From Coriobacteriia bacterium (lineage in GTDB: Bacteria; Actinomycetota; Coriobacteriia; WRKU01; JAENWW01): a stretch of DNA of 64,000 nt. Within the stretch, counting starts at the first letter, position 1, and each line of letters begins with the position of its first letter. The position numbers were made by a program, and so were the translations under genes. Below the pieces are notes generated by a model that made no database searches, had not been told where the DNA came from, and was given only the letters and a program-made list of their open reading frames with translations. The stretch spans positions 26,415 through 90,414 of the forward strand of contig JAENWW010000003.1 of NCBI GenBank assembly GCA_016649875.1, read 5' to 3'. Of this stretch, positions 53,997 to 63,738 are shown one piece after another.

Positions 53997-55403
53997 TCAA
54001 TTTCCCCGTGTCCAATTTTCGCGTGCGAGAACACGACCGAAGAGTTCTTTCACAGGACCGGTGCCAGGACCGGTTGCATCTCCACTTACAGGACCGGGTA
54101 GAAAGCCCCCGAGAGTGCCCTGCGTTGCGAGAATGATTTTTACACCCGTCACAATCGAGCTGTCGGCGATTATCGAACCGCGCAATGAGCTTCCGAAAGT
54201 AACCGATTTGCTGGTGAACATCGCTCCGCAAAAGCCAAAGTTCGCGGAACTTCCGTTGGAGTTACCGGCGCTATATGTCGAGAGGATCGGCCCGCTGGAT
54301 ATGAGTGTCGCGCAGTAGCCTTCACTCACTTGAGGCAAAGACACCCCACCGTCTTTATCTCGGTAGGTGGTATCTACGCCAGCAAGGTCTGTGCGGGTTT
54401 CGCCTGAATTTGTGAAATTCGCGGGGATGAGTCGTCCGTTGAAGGTGATGCCGTTCGTCGCATAAATCGTGAATACACCTTTGTAACCGGTGACAGGCGC
54501 CTCTTTTGTGCCTACTGTGGCTGTCCCATTGACGTAAATCGTTCCGCTCGCATTCAATGTTCCGGAGGCGTCGAGGGAAAGTATCGTGTCGCCTTCGTAG
54601 TATTGTGATGTCCCTGCCTCCCATTTGAGAGAGTCCACAAGTGAGGGTGTAATGCTCGGCGTGGTCATTTTTGGGCCGAGCGGGGATACGATCACATCGG
54701 TCGGGAGACCGCTCGTAGCGTTATCGGTGTGAACCTCGTAGTGCAAGACCTTGGTTGTATGGACCCAAAGAGCTCCGCCTCCCGAAAGCGTCCCGTTTTC
54801 GATGGAGAGCGGACCGTCGATGAACGTCATATTCGCGTTCGGGCTTATGTCTTCGCCATTGACTTTAAGATAAAGCGGACCGATTATCATGGAGTCCGAC
54901 GTGTTGAAGTATTTACCGTTGAGCATGGTGCCGCCGCCGCCTCCCGAATATACGCTGTTGGCCAGGTCGATACTGACCTCTTCGACTGAAACGCTTTCCT
55001 TTTTCCCGTCCAGAGTAGTGGCGGTGCATTTCAAAACGATTCCATGTCTGCCGGGATAACTACGGAAGGTGTACCCTTCATTCGTCCCGGGGAGTGTCCT
55101 CTCGGGCGAGACGGTCCCGTCGGCTGAGACGGTCTCGCCGGACAAGGCGGAGGGCGCTCCACTTTTTTCAAAAAGGGTTGCTTCATATTCAAGTGCCGAG
55201 GCGGCCACCTGATAAGCTCTGTTCGAGAAAGATTCCGTTCCGGCTTGGTCAATCGACCGCTGGGCGAGAGCGTAGCTCGTCATGGCGATTATAGTGACGA
55301 GAACGATTGCGCCGAGTGCGAAAGCCACTGCGTAGCCTTTGTCATCGTTATGCAGTTTCATGAAAGGTCGCCTCATGTCTATTGGTCCCGGTTCCTGAAC
55401 CAT
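53997..55403 (-). CDS. Large pilus-locus protein with an N-terminal hydrophobic anchor; candidate tip-associated or PilX/PilY-like minor component
   Basis: 468 aa. The N-terminus KGYAVAFALGAIVLVTIIAMTSYALAQ is pilin-like but lacks the canonical Glu+5. It is Gly/Thr/Ser-rich and likely beta-rich. It overlaps the upstream minor pilin gene. Confidence 0.4.
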   Translation of the reverse strand: MVQEPGPIDMRRPFMKLHNDDKGYAVAFALGAIVLVTIIAMTSYALAQRSIDQAGTESFSNRAYQVAASALEYEATLFEKSGAPSALSGETVSADGTVSPERTLPGTNEGYTFRSYPGRHGIVLKCTATTLDGKKESVSVEEVSIDLANSVYSGGGGGTMLNGKYFNTSDSMIIGPLYLKVNGEDISPNANMTFIDGPLSIENGTLSGGGALWVHTTKVLHYEVHTDNATSGLPTDVIVSPLGPKMTTPSITPSLVDSLKWEAGTSQYYEGDTILSLDASGTLNASGTIYVNGTATVGTKEAPVTGYKGVFTIYATNGITFNGRLIPANFTNSGETRTDLAGVDTTYRDKDGGVSLPQVSEGYCATLISSGPILSTYSAGNSNGSSANFGFCGAMFTSKSVTFGSSLRGSIIADSSIVTGVKIILATQGTLGGFLPGPVSGDATGPGTGPVKELFGRVLARENWTRGN

Positions 55404-56014
55404 ACGGTACGAGATGAACGTACCAAGTGGTCGGATGAGTCTTTGGCTACGATGGTGATTTTTGCCGAAGTCGCGTTCGTCGATTCGGTGCTGGTAACTG
55501 TTGCCTCGTGGCTGTAGAAGAGTTCCAAGAGCGGAGTGCTGCTGGAGACGTTGGCGTTTATTGTGCTGAGGGTGAATGTGGTGGCGGTATCGCTGGAATC
55601 CACCGGCGGCGTGCGTAGTGCGGTGAATGTTCCGTCCTGATTTGCAGTGAAAGTGATTTTATAAGAAGTGATGTGATAAGGGATGCCGATTTGTGCGGGG
55701 ACTTCAACGGGGACTTCAACTGTGTACGAGTAGCCGTCGGGCGATTTCGTCAGTGATAAATTCTGCGACAAGAAGCGATCCTCGATATCCAATAGGGTAC
55801 TGACATCGCCCGACATCACATTGTTTCGGGCGGAAACTTGTTCGCCGACCTGAGCGAATGAAATCGTTTGATATACCAGCGTAATGACAAAAATCATGAA
55901 AATCGAGGTGACCAGAAGCTCGACCAGAGTGAAGCCGTCCTCTGCCGAAGACTGCTCGGCCATCGGTCCGGTTGAACTGCTCGAAGTTGGTGTATGTGAA
56001 GAAGAAAGTATCAT
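55379..56014 (-). CDS. Minor pilin / pseudopilin with a prepilin-type N-terminal cleavage-methylation motif
   Basis: Class III signal AEDG|FTLVELLV. The probable start is the internal Met at about 55963. Confidence 0.65.
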   Translation of the reverse strand: MILSSSHTPTSSSSTGPMAEQSSAEDGFTLVELLVTSIFMIFVITLVYQTISFAQVGEQVSARNNVMSGDVSTLLDIEDRFLSQNLSLTKSPDGYSYTVEVPVEVPAQIGIPYHITSYKITFTANQDGTFTALRTPPVDSSDTATTFTLSTINANVSSSTPLLELFYSHEATVTSTESTNATSAKITIVAKDSSDHLVRSSRTVWFRNRDQ

Positions 56015-56044
56015 GATTATTCTCTAAAGGTTCCCTGGGTCGTT

Positions 56045-56590
56045 TTATGGTTTTGGCAAAACCACTTGGATTGTATGGATCTGGGGGCCAGACGTTGGGT
56101 TTGACGTTGGATCTGGGGGGGGAAAACGTGTGGAGTAGCCGCCAATTGTGATGGTCTTTATGCTCGTACCGCTCACTGGGATTGTCGTCGCCTCCACGCT
56201 CATGACGACTGAGGCATTGGATGGGACCGGGCCGTCGCATGGCTCAACTGAGACATTGTGTGGGATATCCGTGCTGACGATTGAGATATATTTCGTATGA
56301 GTCACGCCGGCAGATTCGTAGGATGTTATCGCAGGATTGCGCAACATGTCGGCCAAGTCGGCCATGGAATCCGTGACCCGAGAGAGTTCCTGCGCGCGCA
56401 CCGACGTCATGGTATTTACTTCTATGAGACCGATGAGCCCGGTGATTGCAATACTGAGAATCGCGAGAGCGACAAGTATTTCGACAAACGTGAAACCGGC
56501 ATCGGTGGCAGGAGCTTTCCTGTCGCGAGTGCTGGTTATCATAACGCCATCGGTGTTCACGGCTCGGCACTCCTTCGATTCGGTGCCCAT
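56045..56590 (-). CDS. Minor pilin (PilV/GspI-like) with a prepilin-type N-terminal motif
   Basis: TDAG|FTFVEILVALAIL. The probable start is the internal Met at about 56542. Confidence 0.65.
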   Translation of the reverse strand: MGTESKECRAVNTDGVMITSTRDRKAPATDAGFTFVEILVALAILSIAITGLIGLIEVNTMTSVRAQELSRVTDSMADLADMLRNPAITSYESAGVTHTKYISIVSTDIPHNVSVEPCDGPVPSNASVVMSVEATTIPVSGTSIKTITIGGYSTRFPPPDPTSNPTSGPQIHTIQVVLPKP

Positions 56591-56613
56591 GGTGGCATTT
56601 CCCTAAACGTGCG

Positions 56614-57489
56614 TTAAAACAGCAGACCTGTATACCCTATCCATAAGTTCTGCCCAAACAACAGTATAACGAACGTGGCAAGCGCTATGAAAGGTCCGAA
56701 CGGTATTTTCATGGAAAGTGATACTGTGCGGTTGCCAAGTTTTGCACTACCTATGGCGAGGAGACCGATTATCGCCGCAACGGGGAGGACGAGCCCGCCG
56801 AATCTCCCGAGGAAGAGCCCGATTACGATGAGCAACTTGATGTCCCCCATGCCGAATCCACTTTTGTGTCTGAGTGTGCGGTAAAGAAACGCTATGAGCG
56901 CCGCCGGTCCCGCAGCGAGAAGTATGCCGATTATTCCTTCGACAATCGGTGCGAAGGTGCTTTTTTGCGCCGAGGCGGTCAGAGCGACGGTTCTCGGCAG
57001 CGATGTGGATTGTGCCAAAGTATTCATACAGCCGGGGATGAGAGTCAGCACAACCGCCGTCAAGCTGAGCACTCCGAGAGTGGCGACAAGCGAGTTCGGA
57101 AGTCTTTTCGTATCGTAGTCGATGAACGAAAGAAGCATGAGCAGGTAGAGGAAAACGCTGAGAAAAATCGCCTGGATGAGATTTGTTCCGATAAGGGCCG
57201 CTACGGCGAAGAGTATGCCGCCCGAGAGCTCGACGAGCGGGTAGCGAATCGAAATCGCTTCATGACAGGTGCGACATTTCCCCTTAAGTACAAGGAAGGA
57301 AAGAACGGGAATATTATCGTAGGGTTTTATGGGTGAACCGCATGTCGGACAGTGAGACGGTGGAAAGCTCAATGATTCTTTGCGGGGGAGGCGCCAGATG
57401 ACGACATTTCCGAAACTTCCGAAAATCACTCCGAAGAGGAAGAATGCTCCCGTAAGTGCGTAGCGAATGAAATGCGGATCGATCATCAT
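56614..57489 (-). CDS. pilD: Prepilin peptidase (A24 family, PilD)
   Basis: N-terminal zinc tetracysteine (CPTCGSP...CRTCH), two catalytic Asp regions and 8 transmembrane segments. Confidence 0.85.
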   Translation of the reverse strand: MMIDPHFIRYALTGAFFLFGVIFGSFGNVVIWRLPRKESLSFPPSHCPTCGSPIKPYDNIPVLSFLVLKGKCRTCHEAISIRYPLVELSGGILFAVAALIGTNLIQAIFLSVFLYLLMLLSFIDYDTKRLPNSLVATLGVLSLTAVVLTLIPGCMNTLAQSTSLPRTVALTASAQKSTFAPIVEGIIGILLAAGPAALIAFLYRTLRHKSGFGMGDIKLLIVIGLFLGRFGGLVLPVAAIIGLLAIGSAKLGNRTVSLSMKIPFGPFIALATFVILLFGQNLWIGYTGLLF

Positions 57490-57839
57490 TGGTGATTATG
57501 CAGCGGATTGATGACACCCTGGACCACATGGTAGGTCGCGGGGTGGGACTTCACGCTGCATTCCAGGGAGGTTATTCCGCGGGTGATATAGGCGTTGACA
57601 TCGGTATCGTTTATCGCGCTTATTGGTTTTCCTGAAATCAAGGCCGCACGGGCAACCGCCAGGTTGATGGTGTCGACATTGGCCGCGCATGCTTTTTGAT
57701 TGTCCTTCTGGATGGAATTATTGAAGAGACCGACAGCCATAGTGACCAAGAGGCCCAAAATCAGCACGGTGACCATGAGCTCTACCAAAGTAAAGCCGTT
57801 CTCAGCGTATATAAAGGTGTGTCGGCGATTTGTTTTCAT
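57486..57839 (-). CDS. Type IV pilin (second pilin paralogue)
   Basis: Class III signal YAENG|FTLVELMV. 117 aa with a C-terminal Cys. Confidence 0.7.
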   Translation of the reverse strand: MKTNRRHTFIYAENGFTLVELMVTVLILGLLVTMAVGLFNNSIQKDNQKACAANVDTINLAVARAALISGKPISAINDTDVNAYITRGITSLECSVKSHPATYHVVQGVINPLHNHQ

Positions 57840-57874
57840 GCTACGAGAATACCACGTGGCGGGGGGTTATACAT

Positions 57875-57914
57875 CGCAGAGAAGAAAGAAAAACCGCCCT
57901 TCTCGGGGCGGTTT
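57875..57914 (-). terminator. Rho-independent terminator or attenuator after the major pilin gene
   Basis: On the minus strand: AAACCGCCC-cgagaa-GGGCGGTTT followed by a U-rich stretch (UUCUUUCUUCU). Confidence 0.6.
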
Positions 57915-57958
57915 CTAGAGACGATCGTATTGCGAAGACCTCGGATAAGCGAGATCGG

Positions 57959-58384
57959 CTATGGAGTGACAACGGCGGTGGGATCGGCGTGTACATATGG
58001 GTCGGCTGTTGTACCTGTACCTGTGATGTGGGCCACTTCAACCACACCTTGGCTGCCGACGCCACCAGGGGCGACCACGGCACTGATTGTATAAGCGATG
58101 TTGTAAGGGCACTGGGGAGCTGTCTTGAGGTAGCCTGGAATGAGGGCTCCAGTTCCCGAGGCAGCGTCTGTGGCAAGTGATGTGACCGTGTCCTCGGTGG
58201 TTGCAAACTGAGAGATGGCGCCGTTGATGGTGCGGATGTTCGCTCTGCAGGTGTTAATCTTTGCCTTCGCCGTGGCGTTGTTGAAAATCGGAATGGCGAT
58301 AGCCACCAAGATACCGATGATCAATACAACAACCATCAACTCGACGAGGGTGAAGCCTTCGTCCTTACGGATTGTTTTTGACAT
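57959..58384 (-). CDS. pilA: Type IVa major pilin candidate (PilA-like)
   Basis: Short basic leader MSKTIRKDEG|FTLVELMVVVLIIGILVAIAIP. 141 aa with two Cys (C-terminal disulfide loop). It has its own upstream intergenic region and a downstream terminator. Confidence 0.75.
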   Translation of the reverse strand: MSKTIRKDEGFTLVELMVVVLIIGILVAIAIPIFNNATAKAKINTCRANIRTINGAISQFATTEDTVTSLATDAASGTGALIPGYLKTAPQCPYNIAYTISAVVAPGGVGSQGVVEVAHITGTGTTADPYVHADPTAVVTP

Positions 58385-58519
58385 ACGTTTCTCCTCTGTT
58401 GCACGTCTTATGAATAATCGGGGGTGACCATTCCTTCGGCGCGCCCTTATGAAAACTTAGACCTTTGCATGATACACCTTTGAGGTAAGTATACAATACT
58501 TTAAGCAGACGCTATAAAA

Positions 58520-59734
58520 CTATTTGACGATGGCGACCATTTGGAACATCGGGAGATACAGGCCGATGACCATTGTGCCCACCACGCCGCCAAGTAAAGC
58601 CATCATGACCGGTTCGAGTGTCGACGTCAACGAAGCGACTGCCGAAGAAACCTCTTCATCGTAGAAGTCGGCTATTTTAGAGAGCATGACGTCAAGCGAA
58701 CCGGTTTCTTCGCCCACGGCGATCATTTGAGAGACCATGGAAGGGAAAATTTTCGATTCCGAGAACGGTTTTGCGAGAAGATTTCCTTCTCTCACCGATT
58801 CTTTCGCCTCTAATACGACCTTTGCGATCGCTTCGTTACCGGATGTGTCGGCGACGATATCGAGACTTGCCAACATCGGTACGCCGGCGCTGACGAGCGT
58901 GGAAAATGTTCTCGTGAAACGCGACATGGCCATTTTTTTCGCAATCGAGCCGGTGACGGGCATGTTCAAAACAAGCGTATCCCATGTGAAAGCGCCCGAA
59001 CCTTTGCGCCACTTGTTGAACCCCCATACGGCGGCGATGACCACGACGAATGTCGCCGGTCCTTTCCAGCTGAGGAGCGCATCCGATAGCGTAATCATCA
59101 CAGCTGTTATCGCCGGTAATTTCGCTCCCATGTCGGCAAACATCTTCTGGAATGTCGGAACGATGAAAATCAACATTGCCAGCGCGATGATGAAAACCAA
59201 AGCGCCCATGGCAACCGGATAGGTGATGGCCGATTTGATTTTTCCTCTTAAAGCGAGCTCGCTTTCGAAGTGGTCTGCGACGCGCACGAGAACGATATCG
59301 AGAACACCGCCGACTTCTCCGGCGTGGACCATCGATACGAATATTTTCGGAAATGCTTTCGGGTGTTTGGCAACCGCAGCTGAAAGAGAACCGCCCGACT
59401 CGACGTCGAGCGAAATTTGGGCGATGACGCCCCTCAGCGCGACGCTATCGGTCTGCGCGCTCAAAATCGTCAGGCATTTGGTGATGGGAAGCCCGGCTTC
59501 AATCATCGTCGCGAATTGGCGGGCGAAGATGGCGACATCCTTTCGCTTGACTTTCTTTCCACCGATGCTGAGGCTTCCGACATCTGCGAGTTTGCTTTGC
59601 TCGCGAATTTGTAAAATGACTTGGTCGGCGGCGGCGAGGCTTTCTTTGACCAAAGCCACGTTTGCGGCGATGATTTTCCCTTTGGTGATCTTGCCCGATT
59701 TTTTATCGCGGACTTGGTAAGTGTATGTTGCCAC
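58520..59734 (-). CDS. pilC: Type IV pilus platform protein PilC (GspF family)
   Basis: 404 aa with duplicated T2SSF domains and 3 transmembrane regions. Confidence 0.85.
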   Translation of the reverse strand: MATYTYQVRDKKSGKITKGKIIAANVALVKESLAAADQVILQIREQSKLADVGSLSIGGKKVKRKDVAIFARQFATMIEAGLPITKCLTILSAQTDSVALRGVIAQISLDVESGGSLSAAVAKHPKAFPKIFVSMVHAGEVGGVLDIVLVRVADHFESELALRGKIKSAITYPVAMGALVFIIALAMLIFIVPTFQKMFADMGAKLPAITAVMITLSDALLSWKGPATFVVVIAAVWGFNKWRKGSGAFTWDTLVLNMPVTGSIAKKMAMSRFTRTFSTLVSAGVPMLASLDIVADTSGNEAIAKVVLEAKESVREGNLLAKPFSESKIFPSMVSQMIAVGEETGSLDVMLSKIADFYDEEVSSAVASLTSTLEPVMMALLGGVVGTMVIGLYLPMFQMVAIVK

Positions 59735-59807
59735 GCTTGCTCCTCTGACGGCGCCGATGCGAGTTTATAACGCGAAGTGTACTGACATCCTACTGATGTT
59801 GCCCGTC

Positions 59808-61493
59808 TTATGCAATAACGCGCATGATCTCTTCGAGCGAAGTCTGACCGAGGCGAGCTTTTTCCAGACCGTCCTGCATGAGAGTTTGCATTCCCTCCTC
59901 GATTGCAGCCTTTTTAATTACTTCGCCGGGTGCGCCCTCCACGGTCAAATTTCCGATTTTCTCGGTTATGGACAGTATTTCATGCACGGCGATTCTTCCT
60001 TTGTACCCGGAATTGTTGCACTTTCTGCATCCCTTCGCCCGGTAGAGCTTATCCGGCAGGTCGTCGGGGTTGTATCCGATGCGAATCAACGCTTCCGAAT
60101 CCGGAGTGTACTCTTCTTTGCACTCGGGGCAAAGAAGTCGGGCGAGTCGCTGGGCGACTACGCTGTCGAGCGCCGAAGATATCAAAAACGGTTCGATTTC
60201 CATTTCCGTCAAACGAGTGATGGCGCTTGCCGCATCGTTGGTGTGCAGAGTCGAGAGCACCAGGTGACCGGTCAGAGCGGCCTCGATTGCGATTCGCGCC
60301 GTCTCTTTATCGCGAATTTCTCCGACGAGGATGACGTCGGGAGAGCATCGCAGAAACGAGCGAAGCGCCCGCGCGAACGTCAGACCGGCGCTGTTGTCGA
60401 TTTGCACTTGGTTGATGCCGGGGAGACGGTACTCGACGGGGTCCTCCGCGGTCAGAATGTGTTTTTCAGGCGAGTTGAGCACATTGATCGCCGCATAGAG
60501 GCTGGTCGACTTACCCGAGCCGGTCGGACCGGTCACCAAAATCGTTCCGTAAGGCTTTTTGAAAGCGGTTTCGAACAATTCGAGATTGCGGGGAGAAAAT
60601 CCGAGGTCCTCGAGCTTGAGGAGCACCGAGTCGGTACGTAATATTCGCAAAACGATGCGCTCACCGTAAATGGAGGGCAGGGTGGACACACGGAGATCGA
60701 CCGTTTTGTTGCCGACATTGACGGAACTGTGGCCGTCTTGCGGTTTACGTGTTTCGGAAATATCGATATCCGCCATGATTTTAAATCGTGAGATGATTGC
60801 GGTTTGGCTCGATTTCGGGCTCCTCATAATCTCATGGAGCACGCCGTCGGTTCGGAACCGAATGCGCAAGTCGTGTTCTTGCGGCTCGATATGGATATCG
60901 CTTGCGCCATCGGCGACGGCCTTTTTGAGGATATATTTGACCAGCTTGACGGTCGGGGAGTCATCGACGACCTCGTTGAGGCTCTGAAATTCTACGAGTG
61001 CCTCGTTGGTGTCGCCTTCTTCATCACGCAGCTTTTGCAAGTCGATATCGGCGTTGGGATTCGAGTACACTTTTGCAATCAAGTCGGTGATAGCCGTGTC
61101 GGTGGTCATAATCGGAATGATGGTGCCCCCGGTGATGAGGCGCAGGTCATCCAACGCACCGATGTCACGCGGATTCGATGTCGCAATGGTCAAAGAGCGA
61201 TCTTTCAACTTGATGGGAACGACGCGATACTTTTCCGCGAGGTTGCGCGGGATGAGCGTTTCGAGAGTCGGGTCGATTTCGATGTCATTTTCGCCGAGAA
61301 ACGGTACGCCGAGTTGAAGCGCGATCGCCTTTACCATGTCGTGTTCGGTGGCGTAACCGAGTTTCGCTATGATGCTTTGAATCTTAATCCCGGGGTGGTC
61401 CTTTTGGTACGCCAACGCGACGTCGAATTGTTCGGGAGTGATTACCTCCGCTCGTATGAGGCGTTGTCCGGTCAGCAACGGGGTCTTTGCCAT
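59808..61493 (-). CDS. pilB: Type IV pilus assembly ATPase PilB (GspE family)
   Basis: N-terminal GSPII_N domain. Walker [12 protein letters not shown], Asp box, His box and a tetracysteine CPECK...CRKC. Confidence 0.85.
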   Translation of the reverse strand: MAKTPLLTGQRLIRAEVITPEQFDVALAYQKDHPGIKIQSIIAKLGYATEHDMVKAIALQLGVPFLGENDIEIDPTLETLIPRNLAEKYRVVPIKLKDRSLTIATSNPRDIGALDDLRLITGGTIIPIMTTDTAITDLIAKVYSNPNADIDLQKLRDEEGDTNEALVEFQSLNEVVDDSPTVKLVKYILKKAVADGASDIHIEPQEHDLRIRFRTDGVLHEIMRSPKSSQTAIISRFKIMADIDISETRKPQDGHSSVNVGNKTVDLRVSTLPSIYGERIVLRILRTDSVLLKLEDLGFSPRNLELFETAFKKPYGTILVTGPTGSGKSTSLYAAINVLNSPEKHILTAEDPVEYRLPGINQVQIDNSAGLTFARALRSFLRCSPDVILVGEIRDKETARIAIEAALTGHLVLSTLHTNDAASAITRLTEMEIEPFLISSALDSVVAQRLARLLCPECKEEYTPDSEALIRIGYNPDDLPDKLYRAKGCRKCNNSGYKGRIAVHEILSITEKIGNLTVEGAPGEVIKKAAIEEGMQTLMQDGLEKARLGQTSLEEIMRVIA

Positions 61494-63158
61494 TTAGACC
61501 ACCACTCGCAATACTTCTTCGATGGATGTGAGCCCTTCGATGACTTTTGCAAATCCGTCGCCACGCAACTCTTGCATTCCTTCTTCGACGGCGATTCTGG
61601 ATAGTTCATCGGCTGATGCGTTACGAACGATCGCCCGCTCGAGTTCTTCCGAGACGGCCATGACCTCGTGTACGCCCATGCGTCCCTTGTAACCGATTTC
61701 ACTACAAGCCCTGCAACCTTTCGCCCGGTAGATGAGCGGCGTTTCGCCTGTTTCCTTATTATAGGGAAAGCCTGCTTTTTCACAGGCCTCGATTGTGGGC
61801 CGGTACGCTTCCTTGCATTCGGGGCACAAGCGTCGTGCCAGTCGTTGAGCCACGACGAGCACAATCGCGCTTGCGCTCAAAAAAGGCTCGATGCCCATTT
61901 CAGTCAAACGAGTCAGTGCGCCGGGCGCATTGTTCGTGTGCAGAGTCGAGAGGACCAAGTGCCCGGTCAGCGCGGCCTCGATGGCTATCTTGCCTGTTTC
62001 CGTGTCGCGAATTTCACCGATCATCACCTGGTCGGGGTCTTGCCTGAGTATCGAGCGCAAAGCGGAGGCGAACGTAAGGCCGGCTTTTTCGTTGACCTGG
62101 ATTTGCGAAAGTCCGTCCAGTCGATATTCGACCGGATCCTCGACGGTGATCAAGTTGATTCGAGGATCGGCGGTTTCGTTGACTGCGGCATAGAGCGTGG
62201 TCGATTTACCCGAGCCGGTCGGTCCGGTGACTAAAATCATGCCATGCGATCTTTTCAAGGCGTCGATGATGTGCTTGAAGTTCGTATCGTTGAACCCGAG
62301 ATCGGTCAGCGACAGCATAATCGAGTCGCGGCGTAAAAGTCGCAGTACGGCGAGCTCGCCGTGAATGGTCGGCAAAATCGCCACACGGAAATCGATGATT
62401 TTTCCCTTGAGGTTCACGCCGAAACGTCCGTCTTGAGGCTTGCGTCGTTCTGCAATGTCGAGGTCGCATTGAATCTTGAGCCGGTTGATGAATTGCCGGT
62501 GCAAGGATTTTGGAGCGGAAAATATTTCCCGGCAAACGCCATCGATTTTAAAACGGATGGCCATTTCATGCTCATGAGGTTCGATGATTATATCTCCGGC
62601 GTTGAGAGTGATTGCATCGGAGATGATTCTATTCATCAGTTTTGCGACGACGGTATCCTCGGTGTTTTCGTCTGTCAGATGGTCTTCGACTTCAACTGTG
62701 GTGTCGTCGGCCATCGACTGCAGGTTGGTTTGGTCGGCCATAAAACGTTCGATTGCGTCGAACACTGCGGTTTCAGGTGCAACGACGACTTTGACCGAGA
62801 GTCTGGTGAGCGTGCGAACATCGTCGCGAGCCAAAATGTCGGAAGGGTCGACCATCGCCATGGTAATCTCTGAATTCGAGATCGCGATGGGAATCATGTG
62901 GCTTCTCAGAAGAGTATCGGTCGGGATTTTCCTTATGGCCTGCGGATTGAGTTCGAGCGCCTTGATGTCGCAGAACTCGCAATGGTAGCTTGAAGCAACC
63001 GCGCGCGCGATTTCTTCTTCGGTGGTGAAATGGAGTTCTTGCGCCACCGCAATGGGAGACCGACCGGATGCGTCTTCGAAAACGGTTTGCACCTGTTGTC
63101 CGGTTAAAAGCCCGGCTTTTCTGCAGGTCTCAAATATTTGTCGATACGAGACGCTCAT
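61494..63158 (-). CDS. Second GspE-family assembly ATPase (PilB paralogue)
   Basis: Same architecture as pilB ([22 protein letters not shown]...CRAC). It is directly contiguous with pilB. Confidence 0.85.
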   Translation of the reverse strand: MSVSYRQIFETCRKAGLLTGQQVQTVFEDASGRSPIAVAQELHFTTEEEIARAVASSYHCEFCDIKALELNPQAIRKIPTDTLLRSHMIPIAISNSEITMAMVDPSDILARDDVRTLTRLSVKVVVAPETAVFDAIERFMADQTNLQSMADDTTVEVEDHLTDENTEDTVVAKLMNRIISDAITLNAGDIIIEPHEHEMAIRFKIDGVCREIFSAPKSLHRQFINRLKIQCDLDIAERRKPQDGRFGVNLKGKIIDFRVAILPTIHGELAVLRLLRRDSIMLSLTDLGFNDTNFKHIIDALKRSHGMILVTGPTGSGKSTTLYAAVNETADPRINLITVEDPVEYRLDGLSQIQVNEKAGLTFASALRSILRQDPDQVMIGEIRDTETGKIAIEAALTGHLVLSTLHTNNAPGALTRLTEMGIEPFLSASAIVLVVAQRLARRLCPECKEAYRPTIEACEKAGFPYNKETGETPLIYRAKGCRACSEIGYKGRMGVHEVMAVSEELERAIVRNASADELSRIAVEEGMQELRGDGFAKVIEGLTSIEEVLRVVV

Positions 63159-63167
63159 AAAGTGTCG

Positions 63168-63602
63168 TTAATCCTTCGCGATAATCTCAACGAGTTCGAT
63201 TTCGAATGTGAGGTCCTCGCCGGCGAGTGGGTGGTTGATGTCGAGAGTGGCATTTTCTTCGTTGATGTCGACGACGGTTGCAGGGATTACCTGGCCCTCG
63301 GGTGATTGCAGCTCAAGCATCCAACCTTTTTCGGGTAGTTTCTCTCCGAAAAACTCGAGAGGCACGTGTTGGATGAGTTTGTCGTCGCGCACGCCGTATG
63401 CTTCGTCTGCCGGGATGGTGATGGTGACCGTCTCCCCGATTCCAAGGCCGATGACGGCTTTGTCGAATCCGGGAATCACTTGGCCCGCACCGAGGTCGAA
63501 CTCGAGAGGCTCGCGACCGATGCTCGAGTCGAATTGTTCACCGTTCGAGAGCGTTCCGGTGTAGTTTACTTTTACTTTATCGCCTGTGGATGCTTTCATT
63601 GA
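63168..63602 (-). CDS. FKBP-type peptidyl-prolyl cis-trans isomerase (SlyD/FkpB-like, with an insert-in-flap domain)
   Basis: KVKVNYTGTL.NGEQFDSS...PLEFDLGAGQVIPGFDKAVIGL and a C-terminal LTFEIELVEI. Confidence 0.8.
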   Translation of the reverse strand, partial: SMKASTGDKVKVNYTGTLSNGEQFDSSIGREPLEFDLGAGQVIPGFDKAVIGLGIGETVTITIPADEAYGVRDDKLIQHVPLEFFGEKLPEKGWMLELQSPEGQVIPATVVDINEENATLDINHPLAGEDLTFEIELVEIIAKD

Positions 63603-63738
63603 GTTCTCCTCATGGTTATTTCGTGTACCGGTAGTCAGAGTAAGCGGCTTCCGATGCCCTAGGATACTAGAGTATCCGACCACAGTGTTTTATGCTAATA
63701 CTAAAGAGCTTCGAGGGTAGGGTATTTTCGTGGATAAC

